A stretch of 64,000 bases of DNA. Source: an uncultured Chloroflexia bacterium. Lineage in GTDB: Bacteria > Chloroflexota > Limnocylindria > Limnocylindrales > CSP1-4. Shown piece by piece: positions 43,484 to 53,000 of this stretch (position 1 is its first letter; the number at the start of each line of letters is the position of its first letter). Under the pieces are notes generated by a model that worked only from the letters and a program-made list of their open reading frames with translations, did not search any database and was not told the DNA's origin. A program made the position numbers and the translations under genes. The stretch lies in contig CAVVYR010000008.1 of assembly GCA_963752475.1 (NCBI GenBank), forward strand, positions 384,001 to 448,000, in the 5' to 3' direction.

Positions 43484-45622
43484 ATGGCTACCCGACTCGA
43501 GATCCAGCATGGTCTGATCAGCGAGCGGGACCGGCTATCGACCTCAGCCGACACCGTCAGCGTCACTCGGCCGTCGACAGGGTCGAAGACACGCTCCAAG
43601 GGCGTGCTCTTCGTCGTCGTCGGCTCGGCCATCCCCGGGCCCAGAGCCCGGGAGGCCACCAAGCTCGTGGCCGAGACCATCCGCCACGAGTACTACTACG
43701 ACGAGTCGGCCGGCGTGCCGGTCTGTCTGGAGAAGGCCGTCAAGGCCGCTGATCGCAGGCTGCGCAGCAGTCGCGAGGGCGCCGGCCTGCCTCCGGGATC
43801 GCTCGGTGTGGCTGCTGCCGTGATTCGCAACAACGAGCTCTACCTCGCCACGCTCGGAGAGGCGGAGGCATATCTCGTGCGCTCGGCACGGTTGCTCATG
43901 CCCGACCGCAGCGCTCCCGTCGGCCTGCCCGGGAGCGATGAGCTCACCGTCGACGTCTGGCGCGGCGAGCTGAGCGTCGGTGACGGTCTGCTCCTGGTGG
44001 CTCGCAACATGACCGAGACCGTGGGCACCGAGGAGCTCAAGAGCGCCGTGCTCACGCTCCATCCACAGGCTGCCGTGGAACACCTCCACCACCTCTTCGT
44101 GGCCACCGGCGGTGCCGGCTCCGACGGCCTCATCGTGGTCGAGGCCAAGGAACAGACATCACGCGTGCAGGCGCGCGCCACCGCGCCCGTTGGCGACGCC
44201 TATGGCGACCTCCCCGGCGTCATGCCCGAGCCTGTCGGCGGGGCCGTCGGGTCGGCCATGCTCGGGGTGCGCGACGGCCTCGACGGCATCCGTGACCGCT
44301 TCTGGAACCTCATGCCCCGTCGCCGCACCAAGGCTCATGAGGTCAACGCCGTACACTCGCGCGCCGAGACCCGCCGCCGCGCGGCCATGGGGCTGCTGGC
44401 GCTGGTCGCGGTCGTCTTCGTGGTCGGTGTCGTATTGGCCCTCGTGCCTCGCGGAGCCGATGTCCGTGATGTGGGCCAGATCGCCGGCAGCGATAGCGCC
44501 CTGGGTACGGCCCTCGATGCTGCCAACCGAGCCGACAACCTGCTCCAGACCGAGCCGGGCACCGCCCTCGAGTACTACCGCGAGGCGTGGGCGGAGATCG
44601 AGCGAGCCCGGGCCACTGGCCTCAGCGCCGCTGCGCTCGATGAGCTCGAGGGCCGCGTGAGCTCCGGCCTCGACGGGATCTACAACGCCAAACCGGTCAA
44701 GGTCACCCGTCTGGCCAAGCTGCCCAACGGGCTCGACCCGGCCTATCTCGTGAGCGACGACCGTGGTGGCGCGGTCTACCTCGACCAGGCCGACGGTTCG
44801 GTCTACCGAGCGAACCTCAAGAACGGCAAGTCGGCCAACATCGTGAAAGCCGGGGACAAGGCCAGCGGCGGCAAGACCATCGGCACGCCCACGCAACTGG
44901 CGGTCGCCGACTACGTGATCGTCGTCGACGACAAGGGCCGACCCTTCCGCTGGAGCCCCTCGAACTCCGCTGGTGCCGGCACCCTCGCCAAGATCAACAT
45001 CCGTGGCCGCGCCGGCTTCGAGGCCGACCACGGCGACATCGAGGCCTACAAGCCGCCGGTTGGCAACTACCGCATGTACGTTGCCGAGCCTTCGCTCAAC
45101 CAGATCATGAAGTACAGCCAGGACTTCGACGGCAGTTCCTTCGCCGCGCCGGCTCCATGGCTTTCGTCGGCCAGCTCGGAGGTGGCCAACATCGACCAGC
45201 TCTACATCGACTTCGACATGTACACCCTGTTCGACGACACACTTCGGCGCTACGTGGCGGGCAAGTGGGACGGCAGCTTCAGCCTCGCCGAGCTGCCCGA
45301 TGATGGTGACCTGCGGCCCGGCCACGACTACCGCATGATCGACGGTTCCGGCTCGGACAGCTCCATGGGGCGTGCCTACCTCTACGACGCCAAGCACGCT
45401 CGCATCGTCGGCTTCGACAAGATCGACGGCAGCTACCTTGGGCAGTGGTACCCCAAGGATGACGGCACACAGATGGATGACGTCCGTGGCATGTACGTCA
45501 TCTCCGGCGGCCTCAACGCCAAGAAGACCAAGCGCAAGCCGGACCAGCTCGTGTGGCTCACGTCCGACGGCATCTTCCGCACCACGCTCGCGGTCGGCAC
45601 CACCGAGGATGCTTCCGCCTGA
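43484..45622 (+). CDS. Single-pass membrane protein: degenerate PP2C-like N-domain, TM, helical segment, predicted beta-propeller
   Basis: PP2C-like strand order without the catalytic Asps; TM near aa 300-322; repeated beta-blade-like segments. Confidence 0.7.
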   Translation: MATRLEIQHGLISERDRLSTSADTVSVTRPSTGSKTRSKGVLFVVVGSAIPGPRAREATKLVAETIRHEYYYDESAGVPVCLEKAVKAADRRLRSSREGAGLPPGSLGVAAAVIRNNELYLATLGEAEAYLVRSARLLMPDRSAPVGLPGSDELTVDVWRGELSVGDGLLLVARNMTETVGTEELKSAVLTLHPQAAVEHLHHLFVATGGAGSDGLIVVEAKEQTSRVQARATAPVGDAYGDLPGVMPEPVGGAVGSAMLGVRDGLDGIRDRFWNLMPRRRTKAHEVNAVHSRAETRRRAAMGLLALVAVVFVVGVVLALVPRGADVRDVGQIAGSDSALGTALDAANRADNLLQTEPGTALEYYREAWAEIERARATGLSAAALDELEGRVSSGLDGIYNAKPVKVTRLAKLPNGLDPAYLVSDDRGGAVYLDQADGSVYRANLKNGKSANIVKAGDKASGGKTIGTPTQLAVADYVIVVDDKGRPFRWSPSNSAGAGTLAKINIRGRAGFEADHGDIEAYKPPVGNYRMYVAEPSLNQIMKYSQDFDGSSFAAPAPWLSSASSEVANIDQLYIDFDMYTLFDDTLRRYVAGKWDGSFSLAELPDDGDLRPGHDYRMIDGSGSDSSMGRAYLYDAKHARIVGFDKIDGSYLGQWYPKDDGTQMDDVRGMYVISGGLNAKKTKRKPDQLVWLTSDGIFRTTLAVGTTEDASA

Positions 45623-45653
45623 TCGTCGTCGTCGGCGCGGCTAGAATCGGCTC

Positions 45654-46244
45654 ATGACCGAGGCAACACGAGAGATGGTGGTCGAGAGCGTGCGCGTGCA
45701 CATGCTCTCTTCGCAGCACGTGGTCATCCTGCGTGAGGCCGATGCCGAGCGCTACCTGCCCATCTGGATCGGCTCGTGGGAGGCGCAGTCGATCGCGATG
45801 CGCCTGCAGGGCGTGGAGGCCGAACGCCCGCTGACGCACGACCTGCTCACGACGATGCTCACCGAGCTCGGCGCGACGGTCCGCAGCATCGTCGTCTCCG
45901 ACCTCGCCGACGAGACCTTCCGGGCCCGGATCGTGCTCGTATCGGGTGGCGATGACTTCGAGATCGACGCCCGACCGAGTGACGCCATCGCGCTCGCGGT
46001 GCGCACGTCCGCCCCCATCTTCGCCACCGACGCCGTGCTCGACCGGGCCGGCGTCATGCCCGAGGCCGATGAAGATGAGAAGCTCAGCGTCTTCCGCGAG
46101 TTCGTGAACTCGCTGGAGGGCGAGACGCCGCCAGGGAGGGGCACGTTACCGTCCGACGATGCCGACGTGCTCGGTCCGCCCGATGATGAGGACGACCGTC
46201 CGCTCGACGATCGCCTGGGCGATGGACCCGAGGGCCGTCGCTAG
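45654..46244 (+). CDS. Bifunctional nuclease family (DUF151)
   Basis: LPIWIG..EA..I, RPLTHDL, DARPSDAIALA. Confidence 0.92.
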   Translation: MTEATREMVVESVRVHMLSSQHVVILREADAERYLPIWIGSWEAQSIAMRLQGVEAERPLTHDLLTTMLTELGATVRSIVVSDLADETFRARIVLVSGGDDFEIDARPSDAIALAVRTSAPIFATDAVLDRAGVMPEADEDEKLSVFREFVNSLEGETPPGRGTLPSDDADVLGPPDDEDDRPLDDRLGDGPEGRR

Positions 46245-47044
46245 GTCCCGCTCGGGCCTTCGAGGACGGGCTCACCGCGCCCCAGGGTGCCTTCCCTGCC
46301 GGCCCATAGTCGCAGCCGCAGGGACCAGAAGTCGCGGACCGCGCGGAGTACCACACGTGGATCGGCCCCGGAGGCCTCCCCGGCCGTGCGTGGGTAGTGC
46401 GGCACGCCCTGCTCCACGATGACACCGCCCCGCTCGCCGATCTTGATCAGCAGTTCAGCCGAGAGGAAGGCGCCACCCGACTCGACGCTCACGCCCTCGA
46501 GCGCCTCGCGGCGGAAGAGCTTGCATGCGCAGTCGGGGTCCTGCACGCGGAGCCCGAAGAAGACCCGCAAAGCGGCTCGGTAGATGCGGGCATAGGCGAG
46601 GCGGATGGCGGGGTCGGCACGCTCGATGCGATAGCCCGCCACCACGTCAGGCACTCGACCGTCGGCGTCTGCCGCATCGAGTCGCGCCGTCAGGCGGCCA
46701 AGATCGGCGACCCTGAACTGGCGATCGCCATCGGTGAAGCAGACCAGCGCGTAGCGGGCGGCGGCGAGGCCGGAACGTACCGCGGCACCGTAGCCACGGT
46801 TGTGGGGATGATGGACGGCACGCACGACGCCGGGATGGGCCGCCGCGAGGCGATCAGCGATCTCACCGGTGCCGTCGCTGCTTCCGTCGTCCACCGCGAT
46901 GATCTCGAAGCGATCGGCGATCTCACCGAGGTCGGCCAGCGCCTCTTCGACGAGCGCCTCGATGTTCTCAGCCTCGTTGTGGGCCGGGAAGAAATAGCTC
47001 AGAGCCTCGACCTTGGCGGGCGTGGTTTCGGGGGCGGCGGTCAT
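46241..47044 (-). CDS. GT2 glycosyltransferase (polyprenol-phosphate sugar synthase-like)
   Basis: PAHNE, VDDGS.DGT, N.GYG.A, D.D.QF, DPDCA.KL. Confidence 0.88.
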   Translation of the reverse strand: MTAAPETTPAKVEALSYFFPAHNEAENIEALVEEALADLGEIADRFEIIAVDDGSSDGTGEIADRLAAAHPGVVRAVHHPHNRGYGAAVRSGLAAARYALVCFTDGDRQFRVADLGRLTARLDAADADGRVPDVVAGYRIERADPAIRLAYARIYRAALRVFFGLRVQDPDCACKLFRREALEGVSVESGGAFLSAELLIKIGERGGVIVEQGVPHYPRTAGEASGADPRVVLRAVRDFWSLRLRLWAGREGTLGRGEPVLEGPSGT

Positions 47045-47080
47045 GCGGTCAGGATCTCGCGTCGCGGAGTGCACTGGACA

Positions 47081-48607
47081 TCATCGAACCGTACCTTCGG
47101 ATAGCACCCGGAACATCTCCATGGGTACATCCGCTACCGGCACGAGCAGATAGTCCCGCTCCAGGGTCTCGAGGTCGCGATCGCGACGGATCACGTAGAC
47201 GGGCCGCTCACCGAGGTGGGCCTCGACCGCACCGACCGTGCTCCCGTAGCCCTCGTCGAGGACAACGCGATCGTCGATGACGGTCACGTCAGGTCGGCGT
47301 CCCTCGACGTGTTGGCCGTACCACAGCGGCGTGGAGTACGACCACCAGGAGATGATCACGGCGTCGGGTTCGACCACCTCGAACGTGGACTCGACGATGA
47401 GTCGGCCGCGCGTGTCGTGGCTGAGATCCAGGAGCGCGTAGCGACCGAACGCGGGTGCGATGGCCAACAGCAGCAGGCCCAGCACGAGCGCGCCGGCGCC
47501 CAGGCGGTAGGCCAGGGCCTGGCCGCTCCGCTCGAGCAGGTCGCGCAACGCGTCCCAGATGGCATCGGCCGCCAGGCCGAGCGTCAGCGCGGCCACCAGC
47601 AGCGGCACCAGGTAGTAGCGCTCGATGGCGGCGTTGGGGTAACCGAACGCGAAGATCCAGGTGCACACGAACCAGACCAGCCCGAGCGTCGTGAGACGGG
47701 GATGTCTGAGCAGGCCCAACGGCAGTCCCACGAGGGCCAGGATGGCCAGCACGCCGAAGTTGCGCACGAGCTCGCTCCAGATGCCGTCGATCAGCTCCCC
47801 CAGCGGCGGCAGGGTTCCGAACGAGCCCTGGAACTGCTCGCCCAGCACGACGTACCAGAAGCCGTCCCAGGTGCTCGGATCCGCGTACATCAGGGCTGGG
47901 TCCATGGCCGCGCGGATCGGCAGGTAGAGGTAGACCACGAGCGCGGTCAGGGCCAGCACGGCTGTGCAGATCAGCACCAGCCGGGTCTGCTGCCACAGGA
48001 TCGGCGGGGCGACCAGGAGCACGAAGAGCGCGATGCCCGGCGCCAACAGCATGGTCAAGGCGTGGTTGCCGAGGGAGAAGCCGTAGACCGCCCCGGCCGC
48101 CACCAGCCATCGCGCGCCCGCACCTGGTCGGACCTGCTCGAGCTGCTGCCAGCGACCCAGCAGCACCAGCAACGTGGCCGCGAGGAAGACGTGGAGGGCA
48201 TGGGGGTCGGCCCGCAGGCCCCAGCGCCAGGCCACGGGCGTGAGCACGAAGATGAGTCCGACCGCGAGGCCCAGCGGCCAGCGGCGCGTGGCCATGACGG
48301 TGCGCACCGCCAGCAGCGCACCGGCGCCGGCCATGAGCAGTGCTGCCAGCAGGTCCGCCCGGTAGGCCTCGTTGCCGAAGGGTTGCAGCACCACCGAAGC
48401 CAGCCACAGCAGGAGCGTGTAGCTGGGATAGCCCGTCGGGTGCGCTGTGCCCAGCACGGGCCCCAGCGCCTGGAACTCGGCGGTGTCCCAGATGCCCACG
48501 TCGGGCAGCAACGTGGCCAGGTACAGCCCCAGTGCGACCACGAAGACGGGCACCGCCGCGAGGGCGTAGCGGGACGCCCGTGATCCCGCCGGTACCGTCG
48601 CTACCAC
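47081..48607 (-). CDS. DUF2723 (TMEM260-like) GT-C membrane glycosyltransferase
   Basis: WDTAEFQ...LG.AHPTGYP.Y, GNH, YLPIRA; start uncertain. Confidence 0.85.
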   Translation of the reverse strand: MVATVPAGSRASRYALAAVPVFVVALGLYLATLLPDVGIWDTAEFQALGPVLGTAHPTGYPSYTLLLWLASVVLQPFGNEAYRADLLAALLMAGAGALLAVRTVMATRRWPLGLAVGLIFVLTPVAWRWGLRADPHALHVFLAATLLVLLGRWQQLEQVRPGAGARWLVAAGAVYGFSLGNHALTMLLAPGIALFVLLVAPPILWQQTRLVLICTAVLALTALVVYLYLPIRAAMDPALMYADPSTWDGFWYVVLGEQFQGSFGTLPPLGELIDGIWSELVRNFGVLAILALVGLPLGLLRHPRLTTLGLVWFVCTWIFAFGYPNAAIERYYLVPLLVAALTLGLAADAIWDALRDLLERSGQALAYRLGAGALVLGLLLLAIAPAFGRYALLDLSHDTRGRLIVESTFEVVEPDAVIISWWSYSTPLWYGQHVEGRRPDVTVIDDRVVLDEGYGSTVGAVEAHLGERPVYVIRRDRDLETLERDYLLVPVADVPMEMFRVLSEGTVR

Positions 48608-49977
48608 CCCAACGTGACGCCCCAATAGACGCCCCAGGCGTTGATGGCGATCGACAGCGCGACCAGTGCGATCGAGAGCCAGCCCGAGCGCAGGCGCGCG
48701 ATGCCGAGGGCCACGAGCACGATGGCGAAGGGCGCGAAGTCGTTGCTGAAGCGATAGCCGAACTGGACCCAGCCCTGGCTGAAGTGCATGAGGTCAGCGG
48801 TCGCCACTGCCAGTACCGCCAGCGCCGCACCGGCCACGATTCGTCGGCGCCAGTCGTAGAGCAGGGCCGGCAGGGCCAGCAGATAGGCCGGGCTGGTGAG
48901 TAGCAGGCTCATGCCCAGCGCGTCAGGGCGCAGGACCGGGCACTCTCGATCCCACAGCGAGCCCAGGGTGATGGGCTCCAGCGCACATCGCGGATCGTCG
49001 AAGAGCGGCATCTGCGGCAGCTGGCCCAGCATGATGGCCAGGTTCTGGGGGATGTAGCGGAGATCCTCCGCGGCCCAGTCGGTGTTGACCGTCGCGCCCG
49101 GCGGTCGGTACTCGTTCTCGTACAGGTAGTCGTAGGCGGGGTGGAAGAGCTCGCCCGTGGTGGCGACGTTGTAGCCCAGCAGGAGCAACACCGGGATGAG
49201 CGCACCGACCCCGGCGGCCACAGCCCGATCGAGCCAGCCGCGGCCGCCGCCGACGAAGACGAAGAAGGGCGCGGCCATGACCGTCGTGAGCCGGGTGGTG
49301 ACGGCAAGGCCGAAGGCGAGCCCGGCCGCGAACTGGCGCCTGACGGTCCGCGAATGACGAGCGGCCTTGATGCGCACGGCGGCGGTGTCCGCCCGAACCG
49401 CCAGGGTGATGGCGATGAAGAGGAAGGTCGAGGCCAGGACGTGGGCCAGGAACCAGGTCGTGCCCAGCATGGCCGCGTACCAGGCGACCGAGCCGAAGGC
49501 ATAGAAGAGCGTGGCCAGCAGCGCCGCCGAGCGCCTGGGTGTGACGTGCAGCAGCATCGTCCAGCAGAGCACGACGTTGATCGCGCCGAGCACCGCGGCG
49601 ACCGCGGCCCCGTTGGTGCCCAGACCCCACGCGGCCACGAACGGCAGGAGCACGATCGCCGGGAGCGGCGGGAAGGGGATCTGCCCGCGGTCCGAGGAGA
49701 CGGGCAGGACATCCTGGAAGTGGCCGTTGCGATAGGGCCCCTCGGTGACCGGGTACTCGATCTCGGTCCGACCCTCGAGGAAGGCCTGTGCCTGCCACAC
49801 GAAGTGGTCGTAGTGATCGGGGCGAGCAGGGTTCGAGGCGAGGTAGACGACGAGCCCGAGGAAGAACAGCCCGACCGCGATCCACAGTGGGTCGAGGCGC
49901 CAGAGCCAGGTCTCGATGTGGGCGCCGGGACCGGACTCGAGGGGCGGCGCGTCGGGAGCGGCGGCGTCGGTCGGCAT
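48601..49977 (-). CDS. Uncharacterised polytopic GT-C-like membrane protein
   Basis: About 10 TM; FPPLPA loop, YN..TTG, GW.QFGYRF..D; fold is inferred. Confidence 0.65.
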   Translation of the reverse strand: MPTDAAAPDAPPLESGPGAHIETWLWRLDPLWIAVGLFFLGLVVYLASNPARPDHYDHFVWQAQAFLEGRTEIEYPVTEGPYRNGHFQDVLPVSSDRGQIPFPPLPAIVLLPFVAAWGLGTNGAAVAAVLGAINVVLCWTMLLHVTPRRSAALLATLFYAFGSVAWYAAMLGTTWFLAHVLASTFLFIAITLAVRADTAAVRIKAARHSRTVRRQFAAGLAFGLAVTTRLTTVMAAPFFVFVGGGRGWLDRAVAAGVGALIPVLLLLGYNVATTGELFHPAYDYLYENEYRPPGATVNTDWAAEDLRYIPQNLAIMLGQLPQMPLFDDPRCALEPITLGSLWDRECPVLRPDALGMSLLLTSPAYLLALPALLYDWRRRIVAGAALAVLAVATADLMHFSQGWVQFGYRFSNDFAPFAIVLVALGIARLRSGWLSIALVALSIAINAWGVYWGVTLGW

Positions 49978-50080
49978 GCTCGAGCCAAACTACCGCACCC
50001 TCCGCTCGGGGGTCGTGCCGGGGTCCCGTTGCTATACTCGCGCCACTCTCAACGCTTTCCCAGGAGGCAGGACGTCGTCG

Positions 50081-53000
50081 GTGACTTCTACCCCGGTGGG
50101 TGGGGTCGGCCGTAGCCCCGGAGAGCCGGTCCGCCGCCTGTCCACGCTCGCTCTGAGCCCCGCCATCCTCGTCCTGCTGCTCGCAGGCCTGCTCTTGCGT
50201 CTGCTGGTGGCGTACGTCCTCTTCCCCGGCTCCGGCTTCGAGTCCGACCTGGCCTCCTACGCCTCCTGGGCCGACTCGATGGCCGAGTTCGGGCCGTGGG
50301 GCTTCTACGACAACGCCGGCTTCGCCGACTATCCCCCGGCGTACCTCTATGTCCTCTGGCTGGTGGGCTCGTTGTCGAGCGCGGCGGTCGGCGCCGCCGA
50401 TCTCATCAAGCTGCCGCCGATGCTGCTCGATGTCGCGGTGGCCTACGTCATCTTCCGGCTCGTGCGCGGCTGGACCTGGCCGGCCGCGCGCAGCGAGGCG
50501 CAAGCGCTGGCTGCGGCCGCGCTCTACCTCTTCAACCCCGTGGCCTTCTACGACTCGGCGCTGTGGGGCCAGACGGACGCCGCCGGCGCCCTGGTGGTAC
50601 TGCTCGGTCTCGCCGCGCTCATCCGCGGCAACAGCGAGGGTGCCGCCGCGCTGGCCGCGCTGGCCGCGCTGGTCAAACCGCAGTTCGGCGTCGTGCTCAT
50701 CCCCATCGTGGCTGCGGTGCTGCTCAAGCGGCACCTCTTGCGCAGCGGTTCGGGACCGCGTCACCGGCCGTGGGCGCCGGCGGGGCTGGCGCGGTGGCTC
50801 GGATCTCACCAGGGGCCCGTACGCCTGCTGACCTCTCTGCTGTTGGCCCTCGGCGCCTTCTACCTGGTAGTCCTGCCCTTCGGCTTCGGCCTCGACCATG
50901 AGCCGGCGGCAGACCCGCTCCTGGTGTCGATCGTCGAGGCCTTCGAGGGGCTCCCCCAGGCGTTCTCAGTGTGGCCGCTGGCGGTGATCGAGTACCTCGA
51001 GCGCATGTTCGGCACGGCAGGTGGCTACGGCTACCTCACCGTCAACGCGTTCAACGCCTGGGCCCTGGTGGGTGTCGATGGCGGGCCCTCGCTGGCCGAG
51101 GCCCTGCGCTGGAGCGACGACTCCATCAGGCTCGTCGGGCCTATCCCGGGCGTGATCATCGGTGCCGTCCTGCTCGTGGCCGGCTTCCTCTGGGGCGTCG
51201 GGCGCGCGGCCATCCGCGACGACCGCTGGACGCTCATCGTGGCCGTGACGTTCCTGGCCATCGCCTTCTTCATCCTGCCCACGCGCGTCCACGAGCGCTA
51301 CATCTTCCCGGCCGTCGCGCTGATGCCCCTGCTGGCCGTGGTCAGCGGCCGCTGGGCGTTGGCCCTGTTGCTCCTGAGCGCGGGTGCCTTCATCAACATG
51401 CACGGCATCCTGACGCTGCCGCTCTACGGCACCGCCAACATCGAGACGCTGCCGCTCGGTGAGTGGTTCCGCACGTCGCCGCTGATCACCCTTTCCGCGG
51501 TACTGCAGACGGGTGTCGGCCTGTGGGTCGCGGCGCAACTGCGACCGAGCCTGCACACCAGCCCCGACGCCTTCGAGCGAGGCGCTCGAGCTTCGCTGTC
51601 GCCACCGCTCGAGACCGCTTCCGCGCCGACCGGCTTCGCCCCACCGCCTCCGGCCGGTGCCTCTGACGACGCTACGTCCGGCGGGACTATCCGGCCGAGC
51701 CTGCTCGACCACCTCGTTGCCAGGCTCTCGTGGGGTTCGCTGCGGCGCGACCGCAGTGCCTTGCTGCGCAGGGAGCCCGGTGGGCGCATCGATCGCGTGG
51801 ACCTGCTCGTGCTCGTCGTGCTCGTCGTGCTCACGCTCACGCTGCGTGGCTACCGCCTGGACCAGCCCGTGCGCATGTACTTCGACGAGGTCTACCACGC
51901 GCGCACCGCCACCGAGTTCCTGCAGCACTGGGAGTACGGCGAGCCGCACGACATCTACGAGTTCACGCACCCGCACCTGGCCAAGTACGCCATGGCCTGG
52001 GGCATCCGCGTCGCTGGTGGCAACGAACTCACCGGCACCGCCGACCTGGACATGACCGCGAAGGACGCGGCCATCGAGCGGCGCTGGGCCCCCGAGGGCG
52101 ACCCCGACCGTCGCCATGGTGACCGCCTCTACGTGGCGGGTGGGGATCAGCTCGGCGTCTACGACCTGGCCACGCGTGAGTTGGTCGCCAGGATCCCGCT
52201 CGCGGCAGAGGCTGTGGCGGTCGACGAGCAAGCTCACCAGTTGTACCTGGCCGATCCTGCCGGCCGCCTCTCTCGCATCGACACGACCTGGCTCGATGCG
52301 CTGCGCGACGGGGCTGAGACCGCCCCATCGGCCATCGCCGACGCAGCGACCGCGTTCTCCTTCGGGCCGGGGGCGCCGGTCCAGCAGTTGCTGGTCACCG
52401 ACAACTCGCTGGTGGCCGTGACGCTGGGCTCGATCACCACCTTCGAACGCGAGAGCGGGGAGCTGCTCTCCGAGCGCTTCGCGGTCGGCATCGAGGACGT
52501 GATCGAGCTGCCCTGGACCGAGCGGCTCATCCTCGACACGCGCCAGATCGACGATCGCGAGGGCACGGCCTCTGTCCTGGCCGAGGCCTTGGCCCAGGAT
52601 GCAGACGACATCGAGGAGGTGCTCTCCCGCGACGGCTACGTGACGCTCGCAGCGTGGCTCGAAGGCGAAACGACCGAGACCATCAGCGGCTACATCGAGA
52701 CCGGCGTCTTGACGGGCGCCGAGTTCGAATCGGCGCCGCTTCTGGCGGTGGCCGATACCGCCGGCATAGACGTGCTCGACGCCTGGGGCCTCGACTTGCT
52801 CGATCACATCCCCACCGACGAGCCCGCCACGTCGCTGGCGCTGGCCAACCCCGACGATTCCGAGCCCACGCTCTACGCCACGGCCGGCGAGAGCATCGAG
52901 ACCGTGCGCGTCAGCGACGACGGCCTGGCCATCCCCGACACGGTGTGGATGCCGGGTGCTGTGCGCGACCTGGCCTGGAATGAGCCCGCGGAGCTGATGC

